Origin: Candidatus Poribacteria bacterium
GTDB taxonomy: Bacteria > Poribacteria > WGA-4E > WGA-3G
DNA: 64,000 nt
NCBI GenBank assembly: GCA_965205015.1
Contig: OZ242029.1
Coordinates: 4,928,001-4,992,000, forward strand
Direction of reading: 5' to 3'
A program made the translations under genes and the position numbers. The first letter of the stretch is position 1, and each line of letters opens with the position of its first letter. Shown here piece by piece: positions 38,902 to 49,680 of the stretch. Under the pieces are notes generated by a model. It was not told the origin of the DNA, did not search any database, and saw only the letters and a program-made list of their open reading frames with translations.

Positions 38902-39948
38902 TTAAATGTGAATGCCGACGGTGTTAATTGCCTTGAATACTAATACTGCACCGAGCAGAATAACGACGGCAGCACTCATAATCGGTAGGCGTTGTAGCCA
39001 AATGCCTTCGCCCGTAAACCGCTGAATCAACGGTTTTGCCATCACCATCAGAATACCGATCGCAACCAACACGGCAGCAAGCCCGAACGAGAAAGCACAG
39101 AGGATAATTAAGCCCCACACGAGTTTGTTGAGACTAATGGCGAATAGGAGTCCAATGAGTGCATCGACGCAGGGCACGATACCCCCAGAGATACCGAGCG
39201 ATAGTAAACCCCAAAAACCTGTCCGCTCTGGAGGTGCATGACTATGCGTCCGCCCACCATGACTGTGTGTATGCGCGTGGTCATCTGAATGTCCAGGGTC
39301 ATCATCATGTGAATGGTCATGTGAGTGGTTGTCGTGTCCGTGATCGTGGTCGTCTGCATGCGAAGGGTCGTGGTCATGTGAATGATCGTGATCGTGATCG
39401 TGTGAGTGCCCGTGATCATGGTCATGCGGATGGGGTGTATGACTATGACCGCGGCTGTGCACGCCACCGCTGTAATACTGCTTCATGTTTCTGGCAAGCA
39501 GCCACGCCCCGATACCAACAATTAAGACGCCAGAGAACAGGCTCAACCACGGAACGATATCCTCCGGTGCAAACTCTTGTGCTACCAACATGACGACGCC
39601 GAGTGCTATAACACTGAAGGTATGCGTAAAGGTAACGACAAGCCCAAGGAAAACCGCGTCAATGACCCTGCCTTTAGAACCGACGAGGTAGGCAGCCACT
39701 ATGGCTTTTCCGTGTCCGGGTGTTAAAGCATGCAATCCTCCTAACACAAACGAAACAACAAGAGCAACAATTGCCAATTGAAGCGTGAGCGGTTGGTTTA
39801 TCAACTCTTTTATCCGGTCGCCTGAATGCTCATGCCCCTCATCAGCAAAAACGAATGCGCACGCCATAACACCGATAAAAATAATGCTAACTTGCAAGAC
39901 GCGCTTGCAAGTTACACTGCTAAAACAGAGATAAAGTTTCTTCAACAC
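38902..39948 (-). CDS. Nickel/cobalt transporter, RcnA-like (NiCoT family), with His/Asp-rich loop
   Basis: 'GGLHALTPGHGKAIVAAYLVG', long HDHD/HSH loop, 'GISGGIVPC'. Confidence 0.88.
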   Translation of the reverse strand: MLKKLYLCFSSVTCKRVLQVSIIFIGVMACAFVFADEGHEHSGDRIKELINQPLTLQLAIVALVVSFVLGGLHALTPGHGKAIVAAYLVGSKGRVIDAVFLGLVVTFTHTFSVIALGVVMLVAQEFAPEDIVPWLSLFSGVLIVGIGAWLLARNMKQYYSGGVHSRGHSHTPHPHDHDHGHSHDHDHDHSHDHDPSHADDHDHGHDNHSHDHSHDDDPGHSDDHAHTHSHGGRTHSHAPPERTGFWGLLSLGISGGIVPCVDALIGLLFAISLNKLVWGLIILCAFSFGLAAVLVAIGILMVMAKPLIQRFTGEGIWLQRLPIMSAAVVILLGAVLVFKAINTVGIHI

Positions 39949-39951
39949 TTA

Positions 39952-40800
39952 TTAAATCCTTGCGAATTTCTGGAAACGTCTATCAGCGACAACTTCACTG
40001 ACATAGATATTCCCGTTTGAATCGATCCAGATACCGTGTGGGGAATCACTGAACTGTCCGGGGGCATCTCCCTTCTCGCCCCACCGTCCGATGACTTCAC
40101 CCTCAAGCGTCATGATGCTGATGCGCTGCCCACCTTCAGCGATGTGAATGATATTATCACTATCAATGAAGAGATCGTTCGGGGAACGCAGGTCTGTCCA
40201 CTCCGTCAAGTATTCGCCGTTGTTGTTAAAAATCTGACAACGAAGGTTTCCACGATCGAGAATATAGACGCGGTCGTTGTGGTCGACCGTAACATCATGC
40301 GGGAGGTTAAATTCACCAGGTCCCGTGCCGGGTGCGCCCCATGAGACGATAACCTCGCCATCGGCAGTCATTCGGTGCACTCGCGACTGTCCGTAGCCAT
40401 CAGAGACGTACATCTCCCCAGATGTTGAAAGGACAGCACGTGTCGGTTCATTAAAAGGTCCCCCCGGTGCGCCGGGTTGGTTGACAGTGCCGAACGTCTC
40501 TAACAACTCCCCATCCAGCGAAAATTTTCGCACCGTATGATCGACGGTGTCTGTGGTATAGATTTCATCGTCGGGGCTGATCCAGATCCCGTGGGGTTTC
40601 TGAAAGATATCCTTGCCCCATTCCGTTACGAAGGTGCCATCCGCCTCAAAAACGAGCATAGCGGGTTGCGGACTCCGATTATAGACATAGACCCTGTCAT
40701 TCGAGTCACACGCGACGCCGGAAACGAGCCCGAGTTGCGGAATCATCCCCCACCCTTCCACGACTTCATACTGATAATCACCTGTTCCAAAAGATGCCAT
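39952..40800 (-). CDS. NHL-repeat protein (PAL-like beta-propeller)
   Basis: 'PHGIWI', 'YVSDGYG', 'GPGEFNLPHDV', 'GQFSDSPHGIWIDS'. Confidence 0.85.
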   Translation of the reverse strand: MASFGTGDYQYEVVEGWGMIPQLGLVSGVACDSNDRVYVYNRSPQPAMLVFEADGTFVTEWGKDIFQKPHGIWISPDDEIYTTDTVDHTVRKFSLDGELLETFGTVNQPGAPGGPFNEPTRAVLSTSGEMYVSDGYGQSRVHRMTADGEVIVSWGAPGTGPGEFNLPHDVTVDHNDRVYILDRGNLRCQIFNNNGEYLTEWTDLRSPNDLFIDSDNIIHIAEGGQRISIMTLEGEVIGRWGEKGDAPGQFSDSPHGIWIDSNGNIYVSEVVADRRFQKFARI

Positions 40801-40811
40801 AATGATGCCTC

Positions 40812-41477
40812 CTATGCGTAATTGACCTTTGAGTGCTTAGCGACAATAGATTTCAGAATCTGTACGATACGTTCCGCTTCGAGAACACCGTTGTAGACAG
40901 GACCAAAGTCAATGTTGAGTGTCGGTTTTTCGGTCTCAATCTCGCTGACGACCCCGTGCACAAATGCCCAAGCGTCATTAACGGTATAGCATCCGAAAAT
41001 TTCTTGCTCGGGATTGGAGTTTCCTTTCCAATTGAGCCATGCAGCAGCGAGCATCTCGCCGTAGAGCTGATATTGTGGATCTGGGGCATTCACACCCCGT
41101 TTGGCTTCATGTACAATAAGATACGGTGTTCGAATTTTACCCCCAATAGAAGGGGCAAGGGCCCCATCAGCTTCGCCCTCCAATTCAAATGTTGGGTAAT
41201 GTGCTCGCAGTGGGACCCCTGCCCATGCTTGAATATGCCCTTGCTCTGCAAGGACCAACAACGGATAGATAGCACGCGCCCATAGGGTGGCTTCGTTCAT
41301 GAGTACTAGGTGGCGTCCATGCAAGAGAGATTTGAGATGGTTAAGTAACGTGATTTCTTCAGGCGCCAGAACATATGTCATTTCATCCCATTTGTCAGAC
41401 ACACCAGGGCATTCGTGCAGTATCACAAGGGCGTTGAGCGTTTCTTCGGTGAGTTGTGATAATGGATACGTTTGCAT
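40812..41477 (-). CDS. Hypothetical PD-(D/E)xK-like protein
   Basis: 'GEADG...YLIVHEAKRG...QLYGEMLAA...IFGCYT'; RBS GGAGG. Confidence 0.6.
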   Translation of the reverse strand: MQTYPLSQLTEETLNALVILHECPGVSDKWDEMTYVLAPEEITLLNHLKSLLHGRHLVLMNEATLWARAIYPLLVLAEQGHIQAWAGVPLRAHYPTFELEGEADGALAPSIGGKIRTPYLIVHEAKRGVNAPDPQYQLYGEMLAAAWLNWKGNSNPEQEIFGCYTVNDAWAFVHGVVSEIETEKPTLNIDFGPVYNGVLEAERIVQILKSIVAKHSKVNYA

Positions 41478-41600
41478 CGCTGAAAACCTCCTTTGGGCAT
41501 GTTTCACAAGATACTTCATTTATTTTACAAGCATTTTGAGCGCACCTCATAAGGATTTCAAGTCTGATAATACCTAATTTTGGGATATATTGCAACGGTT

Positions 41601-43511
41601 TTAAAAAATCCCATTTATAAACAGAACTGCGCGTGTCAGGTCGCCTTCCTGAAAACCGGTGGCGTAGAGAATACTCGTTTCGTCAATATAGGTATACTGA
41701 TTCTTGCCGAAGAAACCTGTGATTTCAAAATTCAAGCGGAACGTCCGACTTAAGTCGTAATGTATTCCCGCCCCCCAGTCAGAGAGATTCGCACTGAAGT
41801 CGAAGAAGCGGTAATTGAAACTGTCGAGGGCATCGTTGATGAAATCCACGCGAATGAGGCTAAAATATGCAAAAGCCCGCGCTTCCCGATAATTATAGAG
41901 ACTCTGATCGCGGATCCACGTAAAGTCCAACTGGATGCGATCGTCCCACGAGTTTTCAGTCGCCCGATCATCTTGATTGAAGCGTCCGCGGAAGTCCTCA
42001 AAATCTCTTGCCCGGTAATAACTTGTATCCGTCATTCGAACGTAAGTGAGCCGATTCGACACGGCGATGCGGTAGGCTTCATTGAGATCGTAAGAGAAAA
42101 TCAAATTTGCGTGTGCGGCATCCCGAATAATCTGTTCATCAAAATCGGATTTGGTATAGAGATCGGCGTCCAAATCATCCTGATTGTCAATTTCAACATC
42201 GTGTAGGTCGCGTGTATAACGGAGTTTGAGTTCCGTCTGGAACAGTGAAGAGATCAATGACGTAGTCGGTGCGTATTTCCGAAACCGTAATTCTGCTGGA
42301 TTCAGATAGTAAAGATTCCCACGTCTGTCAATGCCTTTGAGTTGGAGCGCAACATCGGTTTCAATCTCTCGCCGAAACGGGATAAGCAACTTCTGTGTAT
42401 AAGCCCCATCTGTGGTAAACCGTTGGATACGCCGTAGCCGATAGCGGAACAGCCTTGTATCGCCATCGTAGCGTCGCGTCGGATCGTCAAGTCGTTTCGG
42501 GAGCGTCGAGGCGAAGTCCTTTAAATACTTCGCTGTATCGGCGATAAGAAGTGTTCCATCTGTTAATGCGGCTATCCGAAAAGGTGCGATAAATTCCCCA
42601 GCGGCGTCGCCATACGTGCCAAAGGCACGCTCGAACTTCCCATCAGCATTATACTTGAGTATCCGATGCCCCTTTTCATCAACAACATAGAGATTCCCAG
42701 CTTCATCCACCGTCATATCGGCGGGATGTGCGATGTGTCCTGCGCCGGGTTGGTCAAGGAGATAACGGGCAACTGTCTTGCCATTCGCATCCAGTTTGAC
42801 GATAAGTTTATTCGGGACATCGCTGTCGCACACATAGAGATTATTGTGAACGTCGATCGTTAGTAAAAATTCTCGTTTCGTGTTTCCCTGTGGAATAATC
42901 AGGGCATAATTACCATCTGCATCCAAACCGGGGGCAGCGGCTTCAAGAGGCTTTATCCGCTGGCTCAGATCTTGAATCGGATAACTTGCGACGTATGCCC
43001 CGAGGGCATCAAACTTATGGATACACGGACCGTAGTTGAAGATTTTGGGGGCCTGCGCTTCTGGTAGGCTTGCGTCTTCGGAGGTCCCGCGATCCCGCTC
43101 ATCGTGATTTGCCCCGAAACTTGTGCTTTGCTGTCTTGTATCGGCGTCGAGTTTCGGATCAAGCGCCTCCGCCGAAATCTCCACGAACATCCAGTCCATT
43201 ACATAGATACTACTATCCGCGCCGATAGCGATAGCGGTAGGGTTAATAAACCGAAACTCACGCTCCGCCGTCATCTGGATGTCAAAGACAAAAACCCCCA
43301 TTTCATTGAACTTCTGGATCCGGAAGTTATCTGTATCGGTTACATACATGGCACCGTCAGGTCCAAACGCCATGAACAAGGTTTTTGCGAATTGTGCTTC
43401 ACCGGCTCCTTTTCCCCCAAACGCATTAACAAATTTGAATTCCTGCGCGGCGTTTATGTGTATTGGAAGCAAGAGTAGCAGACAAAGCATTATATTTTTG
43501 AAATTAAACAT
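41601..43511 (-). CDS. Secreted NHL-repeat protein with a beta-rich C-terminal domain
   Basis: Signal peptide; NHL repeats 'YVTDTDNFRIQKF' and 'YVVDEKGHRILKY'; alternating C-terminal strands ending in Phe. Confidence 0.75.
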   Translation of the reverse strand: MFNFKNIMLCLLLLLPIHINAAQEFKFVNAFGGKGAGEAQFAKTLFMAFGPDGAMYVTDTDNFRIQKFNEMGVFVFDIQMTAEREFRFINPTAIAIGADSSIYVMDWMFVEISAEALDPKLDADTRQQSTSFGANHDERDRGTSEDASLPEAQAPKIFNYGPCIHKFDALGAYVASYPIQDLSQRIKPLEAAAPGLDADGNYALIIPQGNTKREFLLTIDVHNNLYVCDSDVPNKLIVKLDANGKTVARYLLDQPGAGHIAHPADMTVDEAGNLYVVDEKGHRILKYNADGKFERAFGTYGDAAGEFIAPFRIAALTDGTLLIADTAKYLKDFASTLPKRLDDPTRRYDGDTRLFRYRLRRIQRFTTDGAYTQKLLIPFRREIETDVALQLKGIDRRGNLYYLNPAELRFRKYAPTTSLISSLFQTELKLRYTRDLHDVEIDNQDDLDADLYTKSDFDEQIIRDAAHANLIFSYDLNEAYRIAVSNRLTYVRMTDTSYYRARDFEDFRGRFNQDDRATENSWDDRIQLDFTWIRDQSLYNYREARAFAYFSLIRVDFINDALDSFNYRFFDFSANLSDWGAGIHYDLSRTFRLNFEITGFFGKNQYTYIDETSILYATGFQEGDLTRAVLFINGIF

Positions 43512-43585
43512 TTGCTACTTTTATACGATCCCTAAATCTTTCTTATGCTTTATGACATAGTATCTATTCTGTAATTAGATGTTTT

Positions 43586-44002
43586 TTATTCAGAGGTATC
43601 AGGACATTTTTTTCGGATATTGTCCAAGACCCCATTGATAAATTTAGGGGAGTCCGGGGTGCTGTAGGATTTAGCAATCTCAACAGCCTCGTTGATCGAG
43701 GTTGCCGGATCAATATCGTCGAGATAGAGGATCTCATAAGCTGCACATCGCAGGATAGAGAGATCGACGACAGGCATTCGGTGGAGTTTCCAATTTTTGG
43801 ATGTGTCTTGAAGGATTGTATCAATTGCCGCCAGATGCGCAGTCGTGCCTTCAACAAGTTCCAGAGCGAAAGGTCGGAGTTCTACCGATGTGTCTTGACT
43901 TTGCCAAAACCGTTCCATAACGCTTGGTGCTGGCGCGGCGGTGAGTTGAATCTGATACAGTATTTGCATCGCAACGATGCGAGATTGTCTACGTGAAGGC
44001 AT
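43586..44002 (-). CDS. nusB: Transcription antitermination factor NusB
   Basis: 'RRQSRIVAMQILYQ', 'NWKLHRM..VD..ILR', 'INEAVEIAK', 'FINGVLD'. Confidence 0.96.
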   Translation of the reverse strand: MPSRRQSRIVAMQILYQIQLTAAPAPSVMERFWQSQDTSVELRPFALELVEGTTAHLAAIDTILQDTSKNWKLHRMPVVDLSILRCAAYEILYLDDIDPATSINEAVEIAKSYSTPDSPKFINGVLDNIRKKCPDTSE

Positions 44003-44070
44003 GATGCGTCCTGGCTTTCCAATTTCAAAGTGTTAACGCGTGCAGACTTTCTGCGTATACGCTACTTTGT

Positions 44071-44099
44071 ATTATACACAGTTTCGGAGGGCATGTCAA
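44071..44099 (-). promoter_or_regulatory. sigma70 consensus promoter for nusB
   Basis: Minus strand TTGACA-17 bp-TATAAT. Confidence 0.75.
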
Positions 44100-44180
44100 A
44101 TAAAACTCCAGAGACGTTCGGTTTTCTTGCGGGTGCAATCTCCGAAACGCCTTGCTTAACCCTCGTACACGTGTTAGGAC

Positions 44181-46730
44181 CTAACCCAGAAGCGTATTAA
44201 AAAACAACTTAAACGTCCCACGGGTTTGTGCCCGGAACTGCGGTCGAAATCCGAAAAGAATGACGCGTCCCGCCCCATATTGCGCCGAGACCAGAGCCGC
44301 CTGTTCCGCGAGGTGGTCTTCACCGACAAGCCAACCGCTTTTCAAGAGAGCCCTTTCTGGATATTGAACAACGCGCTCGTATCTTTCGCTGAAGCGTGAG
44401 TGTTGAATCTCGAATGCCGGGCTATCCCAGAACAGTATGAGCGTTTCATCAGGCATACCGTACCCGAGCGGGTGATTTGTGTCAACAGTCGCTTTCAATG
44501 TCGAGCCGGGACAGAAGAACGACTTCGACGACGTCCCTTTAAGGGTATTGCTGACCTTCAAATCCAATTTCTCAATCGCAAACTCACACGCCTCGTTAAG
44601 GGCAAGTAGCGTTCCGCCTTCCTCGACGAACTGCTTAATCGCTTTGACCCCTTCCTCACCGATGCCGCTCCGGTAGGCTGGCGGCACGTCGAACTCCTTC
44701 GATTCATCTTCGTCGGCTTCGTCCTTTTCCGCTTTGCCGACGATGCTGTGGGTCGCGTCGCTGGGGAGTATGAAAACGTCAAGCCGCTGACGCAGGTCGC
44801 CACTCGTGATGTCATCGTCTTTCAACGTCTGATAGGAGAATCCGAACTGCTCGAGGACCAATCGCGTCCAACCTTCATCCATATTGCCCCCGTGGTATCG
44901 CTGGTACATACCGATGCGCAATTGCTGGACATCATGCCGGGGGACCGAAAGTTCCTGTTCTAAGGCATAGAACGTGACGCCGGAATCGAGCGTGAACTCC
45001 TCAAGTGCCTCTTTTGATTCAGCGGGGACCACAAACGCTCCGGGTGGAAATTGCGTATCGCCGACTTCAATTGCTTCATCAACCCGTATGACTTGGATGT
45101 CTCGCGCCAGCAACGCGTTGGCAAGTCTGAAGCTTTCGTTGAGTCGTCCGTCGAAGATATAGCCAAATTCTGATTCGCCAACCCGTCTCCCCGTGGGCTG
45201 CTCGGGGGTTGTGAGCAGATCGAAAATAGCGTCATCGCACGCCAAAGCATTGACAGGTTCGACATTCACCCCCATAAACTCTGCGATTGTGTCTGTCGCT
45301 GTGTCATAGGGTCGATTTGGTGTACCGTCTGGCGTGCGTGTCCAAGCGTCATCCGGGAAAAAGGTCTGTCCGAGCAAGGTTTTAATGATCGCCATTTTCG
45401 GTTGATTGAGGAAAATGGCGTATGTACCCGCCGGATAGGTTAAATCATTGACGGTGAAGGCTTGCGTTGCTTTCTGGATGTCAATGCCCTGGGCAAGCAG
45501 TTTATTAATCAGATCCACGACGGTTAAGGTATCATGCTGTATCGGACGGATGAGATATGCGTTCGGCGTCCCCGTTGCACCACGCGCCGTCTGCCGCTTC
45601 GCTTTCAGATAGGCGTTCGACAGGATGGTATCCCTGTGCCGTGCGGCTAAATCCAGCAACCCCCACGCTGCAATCTTCTGTTGCTCGACGATGTCGCGTA
45701 ATCGCCACCAACCGCCCAGCCATGGATGCGGAAAATTGGTCTGCGGTTTATAATGCGGAAACGCTCTGAGGCGTCCGGCTTGGGATTGTAATTGTCCCTT
45801 GTGGATATACAGAGGGGTCGCCAACTTGGTGTGTGCAGATTCAGTCAAGATGCTGGCGATGTTGTGATAATTCCCAATCCAGTGGAAGCCGAGGTGACTC
45901 CACGCTGGAAATTGTGCGGCATTCAGGACACCTGTCTTCCCGGCTTCCTCGAGTCTATATGCCATGTGGGCTCCGTACCAACTGATTTCCCGCCAGACGA
46001 GTGGGTCGGCGTGCGGGTGAATCGGTTCACAATAAGGCGCGAGGTAGAGGCGTGCCCCGTAACTCCCCATCTCGTGGTGGTCTTGGAACACTTGTGGGTG
46101 CCACTCCTGAAACAGTATCCGTGCGACGTATTGCGATTCAACCAGATTCAACATAAAGGCGTCCCGGTTGTTGTCGTGCCCGGCATATTTATGGTAAAGC
46201 CACGGCAGCTCACAGCCCTCGTACTCGGTATCGAGGTATTTGTTGTACCAATCCGTTGTCATGATCAGACCGTCCGGGTTCAGGCAGGGAAACATCAGGA
46301 AAATGACATTATCGAGAATGCGTTGGGTTTCGGCATCCGTTCCGGTTATCAAATCGTAGGTGAGTTCCGATGCCATCTGCGTGCTTCCGATCTCCGTGGC
46401 GTGAATTCCCATTGACTGACAGATCACGACCTTTCCCTCGCCGATCAAAGCCCTCGCTGCGTCCTCCGAGAGTCCTCGGGCGTCGCTTATTTGGGCGTTG
46501 ACGGCTTGCAGACGCGCTAAATTCGCCAGATTTTGTGGCGATGAGATGAACGCCAACAGAAACGGGTTCCCTTCAGTGGAGGGTCCCATATCAATGACTT
46601 GCAGGCAGTCGCTCTCCTGCTCTAACAGCCGCAAGTACGCAACGATTTTGTCCCAAGCGGCGATCTTACGGTCAGAGCCAAGTTGGAATCCAAAGAATGC
46701 TTCGGGGGGAGTCACTTGATTGTTCATCAT
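44181..46730 (-). CDS. M14 family zinc carboxypeptidase with C-terminal GATase-like domain
   Basis: 'GIHATE', 'NPDG', 'DNNRD', 'DHHEMG'; start at ATG 46730 after AGGAG. Confidence 0.88.
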   Translation of the reverse strand: MMNNQVTPPEAFFGFQLGSDRKIAAWDKIVAYLRLLEQESDCLQVIDMGPSTEGNPFLLAFISSPQNLANLARLQAVNAQISDARGLSEDAARALIGEGKVVICQSMGIHATEIGSTQMASELTYDLITGTDAETQRILDNVIFLMFPCLNPDGLIMTTDWYNKYLDTEYEGCELPWLYHKYAGHDNNRDAFMLNLVESQYVARILFQEWHPQVFQDHHEMGSYGARLYLAPYCEPIHPHADPLVWREISWYGAHMAYRLEEAGKTGVLNAAQFPAWSHLGFHWIGNYHNIASILTESAHTKLATPLYIHKGQLQSQAGRLRAFPHYKPQTNFPHPWLGGWWRLRDIVEQQKIAAWGLLDLAARHRDTILSNAYLKAKRQTARGATGTPNAYLIRPIQHDTLTVVDLINKLLAQGIDIQKATQAFTVNDLTYPAGTYAIFLNQPKMAIIKTLLGQTFFPDDAWTRTPDGTPNRPYDTATDTIAEFMGVNVEPVNALACDDAIFDLLTTPEQPTGRRVGESEFGYIFDGRLNESFRLANALLARDIQVIRVDEAIEVGDTQFPPGAFVVPAESKEALEEFTLDSGVTFYALEQELSVPRHDVQQLRIGMYQRYHGGNMDEGWTRLVLEQFGFSYQTLKDDDITSGDLRQRLDVFILPSDATHSIVGKAEKDEADEDESKEFDVPPAYRSGIGEEGVKAIKQFVEEGGTLLALNEACEFAIEKLDLKVSNTLKGTSSKSFFCPGSTLKATVDTNHPLGYGMPDETLILFWDSPAFEIQHSRFSERYERVVQYPERALLKSGWLVGEDHLAEQAALVSAQYGAGRVILFGFRPQFRAQTRGTFKLFFNTLLG

Positions 46731-46968
46731 ATCTCCTCTTTTGATGGTTGGTGCTTGAGAATACCGGCATTCAGATTGTATCACGATCCCTTGAAAAATT
46801 GAACAGAAATTCTTAACAGGACGGACGCCGTTCAGCGATCACATCTTAGTTCTATCTTGCTCTGATGTTCGGTATTGGATTCAAGATGCAGGCGTTCAGG
46901 GATTCACGTTAAACGCATAATCACACCTACCCGCAAAAATGTTCCTTAAATTTCAAATTTTACTATAG

Positions 46969-47114
46969 TAACCTAAGTTGCCCCCTTATGGAAAATAAGC
47001 AAGAATTGTAGGGATAGGACCCCATAGAGAACCAGAATTAGAGGAAATTCCTTGTATTTTTAAACGAAAATGCCATATCCCTGTCTAAAACGTTGTAAGT
47101 CGCAATTTGGGTTA
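46969..47114. mobile_element. MITE-like element with TAACCYAARTTGC ends
   Basis: TAACCTAAGTTGC ... GCAATTTGGGTTA (11/13 IR); related ends at 3774, 15329 and 61445. Confidence 0.55.
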
Positions 47115-47144
47115 TAAAAAAAGCGTTTACACTGCTTGAAATAC

Positions 47145-47173
47145 TTGACAATTCCGTGAAAAACTTTTAGAAT
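47145..47173 (+). promoter_or_regulatory. sigma70-type promoter for the ggt operon
   Basis: TTGACA-17 bp-TAGAAT. Confidence 0.65.
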
Positions 47174-47208
47174 TCCGCGTATTAACCTTCAGCGAAAGGA
47201 ACAAACTT

Positions 47209-48810
47209 GTGAATTTACATAAACGGGACTATGGGACCGTCGCTGGACCCCACCCCCGCACTGCGCAAGCGGGGTTTGAAATGCTCCTTGCGGGTGGAAA
47301 CGCCGTTGATGCCGCTGTTGCCGCTGCCTTTGCAGAGGGTGTTGTGGAACCCTCTCACAACGGTATCGCGGGTTACGGGGGTTGCGTGCTTATCTATCGC
47401 AAGAAAACGGAAGATGTCATCGCGATAGACTATAACACTGCCGCTCCGGCTGCCACCTCTGAGGATATGTTTACGATTGAAGATGCTCCAGATACAGTTG
47501 CGGGGTACCGAGTCCCGGGACGCGTAAACGTTCATGGACCGTTGTCTATTGGAATACCGGGGGTCGTCGCTGGTTTGTGCTTGGCTTTAGAGGCGTTCGG
47601 AAGCCTACCACTCCCGGAAGTACTCCGACCCGCCATCAATTCTGCCCGCTACGGCTATGCGCCGAACAGTGCGAATCGCGGCGGGATGGCAGGAAATGCC
47701 GAACGATGGAAACAGGACTTCCCCGAAACGGCACGTGTTTTTCTGAAAAATGGTAGAGCACCGAAGAAAGGGGAAAAACTCACTAACCCCGAACTCGCGC
47801 GAACCTTGGAGGCGGTCGCTGAAGGCGGACATGCCGCATTCTATGAAGGTGCAATCGCTGAAACAATTGCAAACCACATTCAGGCATTAGGCGGATGCCT
47901 CACCGTGGACGACCTCAAGAACTACCGTCCTTTCATCACAGAACCCTACAAAATTCAGTATCGAGGCTACTCGGTCTATACGGCACCCCTCGGCGCAGGC
48001 GGACTGACCACCTTACAGATGCTCCGGTTGGTAGAGGCATTTGACATAGCGGCGATGTCCGTCTCTGAACGGTTTCACCTTTTCGCTGAAGCCATGAAAA
48101 TCTGTTGGCCCGAAAGACTCCGCCGATTCGGGGACCCCACTTTCGTGGACATAGATATCGAAACGGAACTCTCCGATAACTTCACCGCTGCACTCAGCGA
48201 AAAACTGAAGGCGGGACTTGAATCGCCGCAACCAGGGGAGGTCGTCTACCACGAACCGATGAACTGTACGAGTCACATCTCGACTGCGGATGCGCACGGG
48301 AATATGGTCTCCCTTACACAAACGCACGGGGGTGGATTCGGCTCAATGGTAACAGTACCAGGCACAGGACTCCTTTTCGGACACGGTGTCGGACGTTTCG
48401 ATCCCCGACCGGGAATTGCGAACTCCGTGGGCCCCGGCAAACGTCCACTTCACAACATGGCTCCGTTTCTCGCTACGCGGGACGGTAAACCCTTCGCTAC
48501 TTACGGTATCCCCGGCGGCAGAACTATCCCGAACAATCAGTTTAACATCAGCGTTAGTCTTATAGATTTACAAATCTCAATGCAGCAAGCACTCGATGCC
48601 CCACGGTTCCACTCCGATGGTGCCGAACCGATTCAAGTCGAATCTCGCGCCGGTGAAGATGTGCTCGCAGCGTTAAGAGACCTCGGACACGAGGTCACAC
48701 CAAGTGCGGGTATTGGAGGTCCAGGACACGGGGTTCGCGTCTGGAACGATGGAACGCATCATGACGGTGGGACGGATCCGCGCGGTGAAGGTAAAGTAAT
48801 GACGAAATAA
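47209..48810 (+). CDS. ggt: Gamma-glutamyltransferase family protein (no signal peptide)
   Basis: 'GGNAVDAAVAAA', nucleophile region 'CTSHISTADAHGN', 'PGKRPLHNM', 'DPRGEG'. Confidence 0.88.
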   Translation: MNLHKRDYGTVAGPHPRTAQAGFEMLLAGGNAVDAAVAAAFAEGVVEPSHNGIAGYGGCVLIYRKKTEDVIAIDYNTAAPAATSEDMFTIEDAPDTVAGYRVPGRVNVHGPLSIGIPGVVAGLCLALEAFGSLPLPEVLRPAINSARYGYAPNSANRGGMAGNAERWKQDFPETARVFLKNGRAPKKGEKLTNPELARTLEAVAEGGHAAFYEGAIAETIANHIQALGGCLTVDDLKNYRPFITEPYKIQYRGYSVYTAPLGAGGLTTLQMLRLVEAFDIAAMSVSERFHLFAEAMKICWPERLRRFGDPTFVDIDIETELSDNFTAALSEKLKAGLESPQPGEVVYHEPMNCTSHISTADAHGNMVSLTQTHGGGFGSMVTVPGTGLLFGHGVGRFDPRPGIANSVGPGKRPLHNMAPFLATRDGKPFATYGIPGGRTIPNNQFNISVSLIDLQISMQQALDAPRFHSDGAEPIQVESRAGEDVLAALRDLGHEVTPSAGIGGPGHGVRVWNDGTHHDGGTDPRGEGKVMTK

Positions 48811-48825
48811 CAGGAGAATCTGGCA

Positions 48826-49614
48826 ATGGCTTTCTGTAACGATGCACTCGCTGGACGACATATCGTTATCTCCGGTGGGTGCGGAGCGATCGGACTCGGA
48901 ATCATCAAAAAATTAATGGCGCACGGCGCAAATGTAACGGTGAACGACATCCTGTCGGATCAACAAGCAACAGACCGACTCAGTCAGAACGGCATTGACA
49001 TATCGAAAACGAACTATGTTAAGGCAGATCTGACGGATACCAATGAAACCGATATACTGGTAGATACTGCCCGTGAACGGTTCGGACCCATCCACGTCGC
49101 GCTATGCCATATCGGTATGGTGATTCCGAAACCGTTGTTGGACTACACAGCAGAAGAGTGGGATGAGACCATGGCAGTCAATGTGCGGACAGCGTTCTTA
49201 TTGGGCAGTGCCGCATCCCGTTCAATGCTGGAAGATGGCATTAAAGGACACCTCATTTTTACGACATCTTGGGTCGCTGATGTGCCGTGGCCCGAGATTG
49301 GACCGTATAACGCAAGCAAGGCGGCGATGAAGCAGCTCATGCGTTCCTTCGCACGGGAGCTCGCCGACAAAGGGATCCGCGCCAACGCAGTCGCACCCGG
49401 GATCGTCAGCGTCGGGCTTGCAAAGCAGCAGTGGGATACGGATCCAACTTATCGCGCTCGAGCACAGAAAGCCATTCCTCTTGGCGTTATGCAACCGCTG
49501 GATTCGGTGGCAGACGCCTTTCTGTTTTTGTGCAGCACCGCTGCAGATTATATGACGGGAACAGTGCTACTCGTAGATGGCGGATGTAGCCTGTATCCAA
49601 TGGATGATGCATAA
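48826..49614 (+). CDS. SDR family oxidoreductase
   Basis: 'ISGGCGAIG', 'YNASKAA', 'IRANAVAPG', 'VDGG'. Confidence 0.9.
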   Translation: MAFCNDALAGRHIVISGGCGAIGLGIIKKLMAHGANVTVNDILSDQQATDRLSQNGIDISKTNYVKADLTDTNETDILVDTARERFGPIHVALCHIGMVIPKPLLDYTAEEWDETMAVNVRTAFLLGSAASRSMLEDGIKGHLIFTTSWVADVPWPEIGPYNASKAAMKQLMRSFARELADKGIRANAVAPGIVSVGLAKQQWDTDPTYRARAQKAIPLGVMQPLDSVADAFLFLCSTAADYMTGTVLLVDGGCSLYPMDDA

Positions 49615-49680
49615 TCCGCCAAGGATAGATACAATAAATTTTCGCGTGCTTCGTAAAATGCACGCAAAGATGGAGGAATT

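Noticed and set aside
39230-39470. His/Asp repeat as a novel repeat protein
   Set aside because: It is the usual His-rich loop of RcnA-like transporters.
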